Shown: positions 18,485-25,774, counted from the stretch's first letter. The stretch is 52,397 nt of DNA from a virus (IMGVR_UViG_3300034375_000774:1-52397); one strand, 5' to 3'. Numbers and translations are program-made. Notes: generated from the letters alone by a model not told the origin.

Positions 18485-18748
18485 TCATCCGTACTCTCGT
18501 ACTCTATCTGGGTCTAACACTTCGTTACGCTTTAAGTGACCCTCAAGGTACATAGCTCTCTCTACGTGATCCAATGTGTACCACACACCAGTGTCTTGAT
18601 AGATAGCTTGACGTACATAGAATACGTCAGACTTAGGGATGTGTACTTTCTGTAAACTACGAGGGTTATTAGAGGCTAATGCTTCGTAAAATTCTTCAAT
18701 TACACTATCTGTTGCATATAGTTTTACGTCTTTTTTCATAACTGTCAA
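18485..18748 (-). CDS. Hypothetical protein
   Basis: 87-aa ORF; first gene after the late-side promoters. Confidence 0.7.
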   Translation of the reverse strand: MTVMKKDVKLYATDSVIEEFYEALASNNPRSLQKVHIPKSDVFYVRQAIYQDTGVWYTLDHVERAMYLEGHLKRNEVLDPDRVREYG

Positions 18749-18792
18749 GTGTTAATTTCATTATGTAACTACAAATGTAGGAATACTTCCCC

Positions 18793-19047
18793 TATAGTTT
18801 AACTATAAGAGTTCTAACTTACATAGATTACTAAGGATAAGTATAGGTTAGTTAAACTGTGTAGTAGTTTAAACGCTTGAGTGAGGAGGAGACTAAGAGG
18901 GAGTTTAACTCTACTCTAGTTTAACTAACCTTAAGTATAACTATATAGTAGTTTTAACACTGTGTCAAGCTATATCTTTAGTTAAACTAATTTATTTTAA
19001 CTATTGTAGTTATACTATACCTATGTCCAAACACTTATAGTTTAACT
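18793..19047. repeat. Array of AGTTWAACT-type 9-bp palindromes in an AT-rich intergenic region
   Basis: Exact copies at 18796, 18850, 18902, 18918, 18980 and 19039; variants at 18810, 18866, 18934, 18950, 18994 and 19008. Confidence 0.8.
18940..18968 (-). promoter_or_regulatory. Sigma70-like promoter (late arm)
   Basis: TTGACA-N17-TATAGT. Confidence 0.7.
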
Positions 19048-19065
19048 TAAGCCCCCTTACCCCCG

Positions 19066-19096
19066 TAGTTATGCACAAAAAGTGGGGGTTTGTCAA
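19066..19096 (-). promoter_or_regulatory. Sigma70-like promoter (late arm)
   Basis: TTGACA-N17-CATAAC-TA. Confidence 0.55.
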
Positions 19097-19188
19097 GCCC
19101 ATAAAAGTGTCGCATGTGTAAAAAACTTTATATGTGTTGCATATAAGTCACATAATAGAGTAGATACTTAGTGAGTGTTGCATAAATG

Positions 19189-19833
19189 TCACACTATAGA
19201 GTTAGATTTGTTTATGTTAACGTAAGCAGGTAGAACTTGTAAGTTCCAAGGCACGTGTAGCCCACAAATGTTTTCACCTCTAAGAGGTACTATATGATCT
19301 ACGTGATAGTCTTCACCAGTAACAGTTCTACAGTCACGCATTAGCTCATACATATTAACTATCTGTTGTTTATGCTCTTTGGTTAGCCACTTAGGTGTGG
19401 CTTGTTTATTACGGCTAACACGTAACGATCTGCTCTTTTTCTTGCTAGCTTTGCCATTAGGGGTCTTATCGTATGACTTATTATAATTAAGAACACAAGT
19501 TTTACATTGAAAGTAAGGAGATTTGTATGTACTGCCATCTTTACGTGTTCTTTTGCGTATACGATACTGCGATAAAGGTTTAACTTCCTTGCAAGTCTTG
19601 CATTTTTTAGTGCCTGAGTTCAAAAGAGCCTCACGTTCTTGTTCAGCTTTCTTGCGCCACTCTTCTTTCATACTCTCTATGGCACCACTTTCTTTGTATT
19701 TAGCCCACCAAGCATCCCATTTAGCTTTACCTAGTTGTTCTTTTTCTTTGTTTAAATATTGAGGTTCACTTTTTAAGTCCATATAGTCAGGGTCTTTAAG
19801 TCCAGTTTTAGGGTTGCTGCTTAGTTCGTCCAT
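19189..19833 (-). CDS. HNH endonuclease
   Basis: CxxC pairs plus YHVDHIVPL..ENICGLHVPWNLQVL...N..KSN. Confidence 0.9.
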   Translation of the reverse strand: MDELSSNPKTGLKDPDYMDLKSEPQYLNKEKEQLGKAKWDAWWAKYKESGAIESMKEEWRKKAEQEREALLNSGTKKCKTCKEVKPLSQYRIRKRTRKDGSTYKSPYFQCKTCVLNYNKSYDKTPNGKASKKKSRSLRVSRNKQATPKWLTKEHKQQIVNMYELMRDCRTVTGEDYHVDHIVPLRGENICGLHVPWNLQVLPAYVNINKSNSIV

Positions 19834-19879
19834 CTATTAAGTCTTTCTTTTTGTAATTTTCTTAGCGTGTGCCTGTATA

Positions 19880-19910
19880 TAGTTATAACATAACAAAACA
19901 TATATGTAAA
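19880..19910 (-). promoter_or_regulatory. Sigma70-like promoter for the HNH gene
   Basis: TTTACA-N17-TATAAC-TA. Confidence 0.55.
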
Positions 19911-20044
19911 TAGGGGGTATGGCCTTTTTTGAAAAACCACTTCTGTTGCAGAGTACATATATACGTAACGGTATAGGGGTGGGTGGCTCCTGCGCCCCCA
20001 TGTTTAACGTGTGCGTGGCGTATGCGAGGCGCGAGATGGGGTGC

Positions 20045-20057
20045 TAAGTCGTTGAAA
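20045..20057 (-). promoter_or_regulatory. Putative IHF-binding site
   Basis: TTTCAACGACTTA, one mismatch to WATCAANNNNTTR, with adjacent A/T tract. Confidence 0.45.
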
Positions 20058-20210
20058 ATAAAGGGTTTTTCTAGTGATATGACATCACAAAATCACCAAA
20101 ATAGCGATTCACACGGGCATATGCGACATGTGCGCACAGATCCGCAATTCATGCATGTAAACACCTATCCCCCCTTGCATGTTGCACACAGGCATACCGC
20201 CCCTAGTAGG

Positions 20211-20290
20211 CGCATCATACGCATCACGCTCTCGCATCACATCACGTCAGGCGCATCAGGCAGGCACATCACGTTGCGCTATCCGCATCA
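20211..20290 (+). repeat. Cluster of CATCA short repeats
   Basis: CGCATCA at 20211, 20220, 20233, 20252 and 20284; ACATCAC at 20239 and 20266. Confidence 0.75.
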
Positions 20291-20305
20291 CACGAAGCTC
20301 TCAAC

Positions 20306-20420
20306 TGATTCGTTTTGCCCTGCCGATGTCCAAAAAAGTGATTCGTTTTGATCTATTTTCGGACCGTCCGAAGATAAACACCCTAAAGGGTGAAAAAAGT
20401 GTTTGACAAAAAACGAATCA
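20306..20420. promoter_or_regulatory. Three TGATTCGTTTT boxes (contain GANTC)
   Basis: Direct copies at 20306 and 20339; inverted copy at 20410-20420. Confidence 0.75.
20354..20376. repeat. 23-bp palindrome, copy 1
   Basis: TATTTTCGGACCGTCCGAAGATA. Confidence 0.9.
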
Positions 20421-20431
20421 CCTGCCAAGTT
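20403..20431 (+). promoter_or_regulatory. First early promoter
   Basis: TTGACA-N17-CAAGTT upstream of the first plus-strand gene. Confidence 0.55.
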
Positions 20432-20482
20432 AAATGCATCGAAACGGCGACAATCGCCACACAGCAAAAAAGGAAATTCGAT

Positions 20483-21034
20483 ATGACAAACGCAAAAACA
20501 CAAAACGCAGTAGCAAAAGCACACGTCGACATGACAGTGACACATGACGGTCAGACATTCACAGTTGCAGAAACATGTGAACACATCAGCCACCTATTCG
20601 ATCAGCGTGATGACACCGCAGAACTTGTTCTGTTCCAGACCCGTGATATTGGCTTATGGTTGCTTCAGCTTCGCTCAATCTATCCATCCAATAAGCAATT
20701 CGGTGCCGCTATCGCCGCCACACCCCTAAGCAAGCGCTCAGCACAGGACCGCAATGATGCAATGTTTGTCGCTGAAAACTGGGACAAAGTAGCGAAGCTA
20801 AACAAAGGCGGCGAACTCAATTCCCTTGGTGCTTCTGCGGTCCGTAAGCGTGTCAAAAAAGCGCAATCTGCAGGTAACACATCCAAAGGCAAGCGAGCGG
20901 ATAAGCCTGCAGAGGCAGAGGCAGCACCCATCACAGCGGATAGCCTAGCGAAAGCAACGCTCAAGCTGCTAGCGGATAACGACATCACCCTTGCCGATTT
21001 CCGCAAGGCATTGACCAAAGCGTCAAAAGCGTAA
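20483..21034 (+). CDS. First early protein, DUF3102-like putative DNA-binding protein
   Basis: AAGGAA RBS then ATG 20483; IGLWLLQLR..YPSNKQFG....LSKRSAQ...AMFVAENW pattern; basic C-terminus. Confidence 0.6.
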   Translation: MTNAKTQNAVAKAHVDMTVTHDGQTFTVAETCEHISHLFDQRDDTAELVLFQTRDIGLWLLQLRSIYPSNKQFGAAIAATPLSKRSAQDRNDAMFVAENWDKVAKLNKGGELNSLGASAVRKRVKKAQSAGNTSKGKRADKPAEAEAAPITADSLAKATLKLLADNDITLADFRKALTKASKA

Positions 21035-21045
21035 TAACATCACAC

Positions 21046-21065
21046 AGCCCGCTTAACGGCGGGCT
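21046..21065 (+). terminator. Stem-loop after the first early gene
   Basis: AGCCCGC-TTAACG-GCGGGCT; poor U tract. Confidence 0.55.
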
Positions 21066-21099
21066 TCACTCTCACTCACAAACACAAGGACACACACCT

Positions 21100-21276
21100 A
21101 TGAGAGAACTTTTGAAAGCATTGTCATATATCGGCGTTAGTGATTATTACAACGTAGTTGATCTGATCATTCAGGAGCAGCACGAACAAGGCACACACGA
21201 TTATGACGCTGCCCTAGCAGAAGCGGTTAAGCGCATTAATGCAGACCCGCATAGGTACATAGAGGACTATGCATAA
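21100..21276 (+). CDS. 58-aa early protein (not in the ORF track)
   Basis: AAGGA RBS; MRELLKALSYIG...RYIEDYA. Confidence 0.7.
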   Translation: MRELLKALSYIGVSDYYNVVDLIIQEQHEQGTHDYDAALAEAVKRINADPHRYIEDYA

Positions 21277-21285
21277 ACATCACAC

Positions 21286-21313
21286 AGCCACCCTTCGGGG
21301 TGGTTTTTCTTTT
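21286..21313 (+). terminator. Rho-independent terminator
   Basis: AGCCACCC-TTCG-GGGTGGTT followed by TTTCTTTT. Confidence 0.9.
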
Positions 21314-21318
21314 CCCTC

Positions 21319-21341
21319 TATCTTCGGACCGTCCGAGGATA
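21319..21341. repeat. 23-bp palindrome, copy 2
   Basis: TATCTTCGGACCGTCCGAGGATA. Confidence 0.9.
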
Positions 21342-21350
21342 ACAACACAC

Positions 21351-21383
21351 AGTAAGCTTGCTTACGAGTAAGCGAAGCGAACA
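21351..21383 (+). repeat. 33-bp repeat, copy B
   Basis: AGTAAGCTTGCTTACGAGTAAGCGAAGCGAACA. Confidence 0.9.
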
Positions 21384-21400
21384 CATTGGAGATTTTTGAT

Positions 21401-21523
21401 ATGACTAGCAAACAACGCAAAGCGCAGCAGCGCACACACACCCTTATGATCCTACTCAACATGCTATGCTTGGGACTATTCGGCTTTGTGCTAGGCTATG
21501 CTGTGGGATCTGGGCTGCTGTGA
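21401..21523 (+). CDS. 40-aa single-TM early protein (not in the ORF track)
   Basis: GGAG RBS; MTSKQRKAQQRTHTLMILLNMLCLGLFGFVLGYAVGSGLL. Confidence 0.7.
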   Translation: MTSKQRKAQQRTHTLMILLNMLCLGLFGFVLGYAVGSGLL

Positions 21524-21603
21524 TATGGGACGGCGCAAGTTCCCACTACGCAAGCGTATACTGATGCGACCTATGAAGTTTCGTTGGCCTCATTATGGTG
21601 GGG

Positions 21604-21632
21604 TTGACAAACATTTTATGGGGTGTCATTCT
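21604..21632 (+). promoter_or_regulatory. Sigma70-like early promoter
   Basis: TTGACA-N17-CATTCT. Confidence 0.5.
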
Positions 21633-21657
21633 TATATACATACGAGATCGAAACCGC

Positions 21658-21680
21658 TATCTTCGGACAGTCCGATGACA
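21658..21680. repeat. 23-bp palindrome, copy 3
   Basis: TATCTTCGGACAGTCCGATGACA. Confidence 0.85.
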
Positions 21681-21708
21681 GCACAACCCACAAACAGGAG
21701 AAAATGAT

Positions 21709-22152
21709 ATGGGTGAATATGTAATCTTTGCAATCGACAATGACGATAACGTACATACTAACGCTAAGTTCTTACGCTATGTAGATGAGCGTGAAGTGAT
21801 GGGTAAAACCAAAGGCAAGATGAAGTTGTGCATCGGTTCATACAAGGGCAAGCTTGAACGCTCATACATAATGAGATGGGATGACTTTATGGAACACATC
21901 GCTGAGTCTGGATATGTAGACAATCAAGAGTCTGTACTGATCCTGCGTGATGGGTACTATGGCAAGGTGTACGCTACGCTCAAGTTCAACAACGATGAAA
22001 GCAAGTTCCCAAATGTAGGACATAATGACCTATTCTTGGGTGTGTTCAGATCCATCCCTGCACATGAGGCACAGTATGAGGAGGCGTGGACCTATCGTCC
22101 AGACCTGGATACATACTATGTATGTGAAGAGATCACAGAGGAGGTGGCTTAG
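21709..22152 (+). CDS. Early hypothetical protein
   Basis: AGGAG RBS; GSYKGKLERSY and AWTY motifs, loosely recalling the T3 SAM-lyase-like fold (weak). Confidence 0.7.
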   Translation: MGEYVIFAIDNDDNVHTNAKFLRYVDEREVMGKTKGKMKLCIGSYKGKLERSYIMRWDDFMEHIAESGYVDNQESVLILRDGYYGKVYATLKFNNDESKFPNVGHNDLFLGVFRSIPAHEAQYEEAWTYRPDLDTYYVCEEITEEVA

Positions 22153-22166
22153 GCCATCTCTTTCTT
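22141..22166 (+). terminator. Probable terminator abutting palindrome copy 4
   Basis: GAGGTGGC-TTAG-GCCATCTC followed by TTTCTT. Confidence 0.6.
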
Positions 22167-22183
22167 CGGACCGTCCGTAAATA
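22161..22183. repeat. 23-bp palindrome, copy 4
   Basis: TTTCTTCGGACCGTCCGTAAATA. Confidence 0.85.
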
Positions 22184-22197
22184 GAGGAGTTGACACT

Positions 22198-22356
22198 ATG
22201 GACAAGATTAAACTACAAGGTGGTATGCATTGGTCTGACGATGAGATCGTGCATTACTTCGACACACATTGGGGTGTCACTATTCGTAAGCTGAGCGCTA
22301 TGTCTGGACGCTCAGTAGGTTACGTCAAAGCTTTGCTAATGGGGGAGCAACACTAA
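22198..22356 (+). CDS. 52-aa helix-turn-helix protein (not in the ORF track)
   Basis: GAGGAG RBS; MDKIKLQGGMHWSDDEIVHYFDTHWGVTIRKLSAMSGRSVGYVKALLMGEQH. Confidence 0.7.
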   Translation: MDKIKLQGGMHWSDDEIVHYFDTHWGVTIRKLSAMSGRSVGYVKALLMGEQH

Positions 22357-22514
22357 TGAAAACAGTAACATTGACAGACTTTACTAACCGAGAGTTTGAT
22401 TTCTTAGCAGAAATGATCCACGAAAAGTTAACTGATATGGGATACGAAACAGATGGCAGCTTTTCTTTTGATCTTGTAGTCTCATTTACACCTGAAGAGG
22501 AGAACTCACAATGA
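22356..22514 (+). CDS. 52-aa acidic protein (not in the ORF track)
   Basis: TAATG coupling; MKTVTLTDFTNREFDFLAEMI...TPEEENSQ. Confidence 0.65.
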   Translation: MKTVTLTDFTNREFDFLAEMIHEKLTDMGYETDGSFSFDLVVSFTPEEENSQ

Positions 22515-22777
22515 AACGTCACGCTAAATCTGCATACACTAAACTCAAGAACATAGGTGTGCCTATGTATATCCACGAAGGTGAGAGCTATCACTTCCTC
22601 ATCAGCGCAGAGGAGAACTACGATACAGTATGGGCTGACTATTGGGCTATGTCTGATGGATCGTATGGTGATCTGGATGACTTCGGTGTAAACAAAAAGA
22701 TCCAAGCTATTCTAGATGACTATGGTCTATTCTCTGAATGGCAGAACCCTGGTGCGTTAGGAGTGTATGACCAATGA
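22511..22777 (+). CDS. Early hypothetical protein
   Basis: GAGGAG RBS; ATGA overlaps at both ends. Confidence 0.75.
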   Translation: MKRHAKSAYTKLKNIGVPMYIHEGESYHFLISAEENYDTVWADYWAMSDGSYGDLDDFGVNKKIQAILDDYGLFSEWQNPGALGVYDQ

Positions 22778-22998
22778 AACACTATGACATAATAGGTAAT
22801 CTATGTGCGTTTGAATCAGGAGACTTAGACGAAAAAGAAACGCTTGACTTGTTTCAGGAGCTAGTGAATACTGGTATGGCTTGGACCTTACAGGGAAGCT
22901 ATGGACGTACAGCTAAGATTTTCATTGATGAGGGTTTAATCTCGGATGGTCCGAAGGTAGAGGAGAACAACAATGCGTATACGAATAGGAGTATGTAA
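22774..22998 (+). CDS. Early hypothetical protein
   Basis: LFQELVNTGMAWTLQGSYGRTA conserved phage motif. Confidence 0.75.
   Translation: MKHYDIIGNLCAFESGDLDEKETLDLFQELVNTGMAWTLQGSYGRTAKIFIDEGLISDGPKVEENNNAYTNRSM
22937..22959. repeat. 23-bp palindrome, copy 5 (intragenic)
   Basis: TAATCTCGGATGGTCCGAAGGTA. Confidence 0.7.
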
Positions 22999-23000
22999 AG

Positions 23001-23150
23001 ATGACTGAGCAAGAAAAGCTAGAACTTGTAAGAGAAAGCCTGCAGTATGTACGAGAGTGCATCAAGCAGACGATAAAAACAAATGACGTATCACATCTGA
23101 GTGGTACGCTTCTTGTCCTTGGCCTACTGGATGGCACAGAAAAAGTATAA
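23001..23150 (+). CDS. 49-aa protein (not in the ORF track)
   Basis: AGGAG RBS; MTEQEKLELVRESLQY... Confidence 0.6.
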   Translation: MTEQEKLELVRESLQYVRECIKQTIKTNDVSHLSGTLLVLGLLDGTEKV

Positions 23151-23172
23151 CGATACGAGAGGAGACTTCACA

Positions 23173-23787
23173 ATGTATCAACGTGACTGCAACACTATTG
23201 CTCAATACGCTATGGCATCAGCCGATGGATTGTATGACGTGATAGAGTTCACCCTATGCACAATCAACATGCCACTCTCACGTGTCATACAGCAGCGTGT
23301 ATCTATTAAAGCGGAGGGCATCCACAGCAAGTGGGTGTCCCGTACTAAGGCGCAAGGCATAGAGTATGCCAAGGCTAACGCCCAGCGCTTGCACAAAGAG
23401 ATCAACGCCATCGCTCAGCAGTATGGCACAGACACTATTGATGGCGCTCAAGAGGCTGTGGATCTGTTTGTGTCTATTCCGTCTATCGGTATGGTCAAGG
23501 CAGGTTTCATTGCACAGATGTGCGGCTTCGAGGTGGCTTGTCTGGATCGCCACAACATTCGTATGCTCGGACGGTCCGAAGATAGCTTGCTGCTTAACAA
23601 GAAGGTCAAGCCTGAGCTACGCCGCCGCAAGATACGTGACTACGTTAAGCTGTGTAGACGCAAGGGTGCTGAGTACTGGTGGAACACCTGGTGTAACTAC
23701 GTAGCTGACAAGGGCGGTATGAATAAGTCCTTGCCAACTGGTGATGCTGTGTCTAAGTATCACGTCACTGCAATTATGGAGATGTAA
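23173..23787 (+). CDS. HhH-GPD superfamily DNA glycosylase-like protein
   Basis: AGGAG RBS then ATG 23173; HhH SIPSIGMVKAGF followed by VACLDRHNIR. Confidence 0.7.
   Translation: MYQRDCNTIAQYAMASADGLYDVIEFTLCTINMPLSRVIQQRVSIKAEGIHSKWVSRTKAQGIEYAKANAQRLHKEINAIAQQYGTDTIDGAQEAVDLFVSIPSIGMVKAGFIAQMCGFEVACLDRHNIRMLGRSEDSLLLNKKVKPELRRRKIRDYVKLCRRKGAEYWWNTWCNYVADKGGMNKSLPTGDAVSKYHVTAIMEM
23562..23584. repeat. 23-bp palindrome, copy 6 (intragenic)
   Basis: TATGCTCGGACGGTCCGAAGATA. Confidence 0.88.
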
Positions 23788-23789
23788 TA

Positions 23790-24005
23790 ATGCTAGATCA
23801 AAACTTCATAAGAGTAGAACACAAAGGGCAAACTGTGTCTATTGTACAGCACAAGTACAAAGACAGAATAGAGTGTCAAGAGGTTGCAATAGTACCACAA
23901 TCAGGGGCGCAAGCTATTGAGACAATTATTCATTACAGTGGCAGCTTGGATAGTCTTATAGGTACCTTGCAATTAATCAAAGAGGAAATAGAAAATAGAT
24001 GCTGA
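23790..24005 (+). CDS. Early hypothetical protein
   Basis: GGAG RBS; 71 aa. Confidence 0.65.
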   Translation: MLDQNFIRVEHKGQTVSIVQHKYKDRIECQEVAIVPQSGAQAIETIIHYSGSLDSLIGTLQLIKEEIENRC

Positions 24006-24041
24006 GTTCAACTACACTTATGAGTACAAGGAGATGAACCA

Positions 24042-24389
24042 ATGAGTAACGATGTAGCATACAAGATGATGAACGATGTGATTACACACACTGAGTGTGT
24101 AGTGGCTGTGTATGTAGATGATGAGATAGACTACGTAGGCCGTGACATAGATAAGATATGGGATGCAGCTACTGCGTGTGACGAGGTAGAGATAGGTCTA
24201 TTGAGAGAAGTAGAAGTAGTTGAACACATCTACGAAAGTGAGCCTGTAGACTGGGCATACCTAGTGCACGGTAACGCACCTGATGAGACTATCAGTGACT
24301 GCTTGCACGGCAAGTGGATTGACAACTGGTGTAACGTTACCGACTTTGGTAGCAAGCCTTATGTAATGGAGTTAGAACAATGCCCTTAA
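24042..24389 (+). CDS. Acidic early hypothetical protein
   Basis: AAGGAG RBS; 115 aa. Confidence 0.75.
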   Translation: MSNDVAYKMMNDVITHTECVVAVYVDDEIDYVGRDIDKIWDAATACDEVEIGLLREVEVVEHIYESEPVDWAYLVHGNAPDETISDCLHGKWIDNWCNVTDFGSKPYVMELEQCP

Positions 24390-24637
24390 TATGTAGAGCA
24401 ACACGAACAGAACTAGTAGCTGAGATTGCAGGTGCAGTGCTAGAGAATATGTACTACGCTAATGTGACTGCACCAGAGGACTTGTACTTTCACGATAAGG
24501 TGCACGACTGTATGATGTATACAGATGATGCACAGGATAGATTCAATACGCTGTTCGATATAGTCGAGGAGACTATCGGTAGCTACTTACTTAATGAGGA
24601 GATGAGTGATGTACACTGTGACAATTCTGTGGGGTGA
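24380..24637 (+). CDS. Acidic early hypothetical protein
   Basis: GGAG RBS; YTDDAQDRFN motif. Confidence 0.7.
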   Translation: MPLICRATRTELVAEIAGAVLENMYYANVTAPEDLYFHDKVHDCMMYTDDAQDRFNTLFDIVEETIGSYLLNEEMSDVHCDNSVG

Positions 24638-24773
24638 GTACCCTGAAGATTCAGCAACAACAGCTGAGACATATGAGTTCAGCACTAATGCTGAGCGTGA
24701 GGCATTCCTGTGGGGTGTCGAGGAGATGCACGGATGGTTAGGCTATCAGATATTGGAGCAAGTCGATGAGTAA
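24609..24773 (+). CDS. 54-aa protein (not in the ORF track)
   Basis: GAGGAG RBS; MYTVTILWGE...YEFSTNAEREAFLWGVEEMHGW. Confidence 0.7.
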   Translation: MYTVTILWGEYPEDSATTAETYEFSTNAEREAFLWGVEEMHGWLGYQILEQVDE

Positions 24774-25050
24774 ATACTACAAGATTCACCTGAGCATTAC
24801 AGAGTTGGTAGCACTAGAAGCTATACTGAAAGCCGCTGACTCTTGGGTATTGAAAGATCTTACTGATGAGGTTATAGCTTTTATTGAGGAGCAAGACTTG
24901 AGCTTTCCGCTAGGTAAACGTAGTAGATTTATTATGGAGTACGAATGTCCATGTGGTGAGGTGTGGTTTATGCAGCATGACTGTGCTTGCAATGATCGCT
25001 GCCCATCGTGTAACAAAGAGAATGAACCAGTAAGCGTGGAGGATGTGTGA
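24766..25050 (+). CDS. Zn-ribbon-containing protein
   Basis: YECPCGEVW...CACNDRCPSC. Confidence 0.7.
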   Translation: MSKYYKIHLSITELVALEAILKAADSWVLKDLTDEVIAFIEEQDLSFPLGKRSRFIMEYECPCGEVWFMQHDCACNDRCPSCNKENEPVSVEDV

Positions 25051-25199
25051 TGAAATATAAAGTAGCAGTGGTTTTATATGAACGGGTTGAGGCTGACAGT
25101 GAGGAGCAAGCTAAGCAGAAGTTTAAGGATGACTTTGAATTTCAAGACTTAAACTATGCGGAGTATAACATTGAGGAGATCTATGATGCCCAGAGTTAG
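25050..25199 (+). CDS. 49-aa acidic protein (not in the ORF track)
   Basis: GGAGG RBS, TGATG coupling; VEADSEEQA motif. Confidence 0.65.
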   Translation: MKYKVAVVLYERVEADSEEQAKQKFKDDFEFQDLNYAEYNIEEIYDAQS

Positions 25200-25380
25200 A
25201 TCGACAGCACAGATGATTAGCTTCTTGGATTGGGAGGGTTATGTACCTGATGACATTCCAGAGGACGAATGGTGGCGTTGGATCAAGGACAACGTTGACG
25301 GTGGAGAGTTCAACGACAGCGGTGTAGGTGATTGGATATGGGAAACAGACGTGGAGGTATTGGACGATGAAACGAGTTGA
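25183..25380 (+). CDS. Acidic Trp-rich protein
   Basis: GAGGAG RBS before ATG 25183/25186. Confidence 0.65.
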   Translation: MMPRVRSTAQMISFLDWEGYVPDDIPEDEWWRWIKDNVDGGEFNDSGVGDWIWETDVEVLDDETS

Positions 25381-25774
25381 GGTATACTTTAATCTGCACA
25401 AGAAGCTATTCAGTGTGCGTGACTGTAAGACAGGGCGTGTGATCGACCACACTAATCATGTGGCTATCGCTAACCCACAGTTCGTAGTACGTAAGGCAGG
25501 ACGTGAGCGTGTACTGCGTGAGCGTAAGAAGAATGTGCATGCATTTGTGCGTGGTTACATCTTGCCTGAGGATGACGAGGCTTGTGCTCGTAACTACTTC
25601 CACACTGTGTGGCACGGCAAAGAGGTGACGTATAACCCATACAAGTACAGCAGCTTTGTAGTTAAGGACACAGAAGAACCTATTGACAAAGCTACAGTGG
25701 CTGTGCTAACAGGTGGTGGTGACCAGAAGGTTAAGACAAAGGTAATGCTAGGAGCAGGGTATGAATATATATAA
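25367..25774 (+). CDS. Conserved phage protein
   Basis: GGAGG RBS; VYFNLHK, RERVLRERKKNVHAFVRG and YNPYK motifs. Confidence 0.8.
   Translation: MKRVEVYFNLHKKLFSVRDCKTGRVIDHTNHVAIANPQFVVRKAGRERVLRERKKNVHAFVRGYILPEDDEACARNYFHTVWHGKEVTYNPYKYSSFVVKDTEEPIDKATVAVLTGGGDQKVKTKVMLGAGYEYI

Noticed and set aside
18840-19050. Canonical CtrA boxes
   Set aside because: TTAA half-sites are present but not at the exact N7 spacing
19983-20406. ORFs 19983-20351 and 20179-20406
   Set aside because: No RBS, low-complexity translation of the repeat-rich control region
21498-21707. 69-aa basic ORF
   Set aside because: Overlaps a promoter and palindrome copy 3 and has a weak RBS; coding status doubtful
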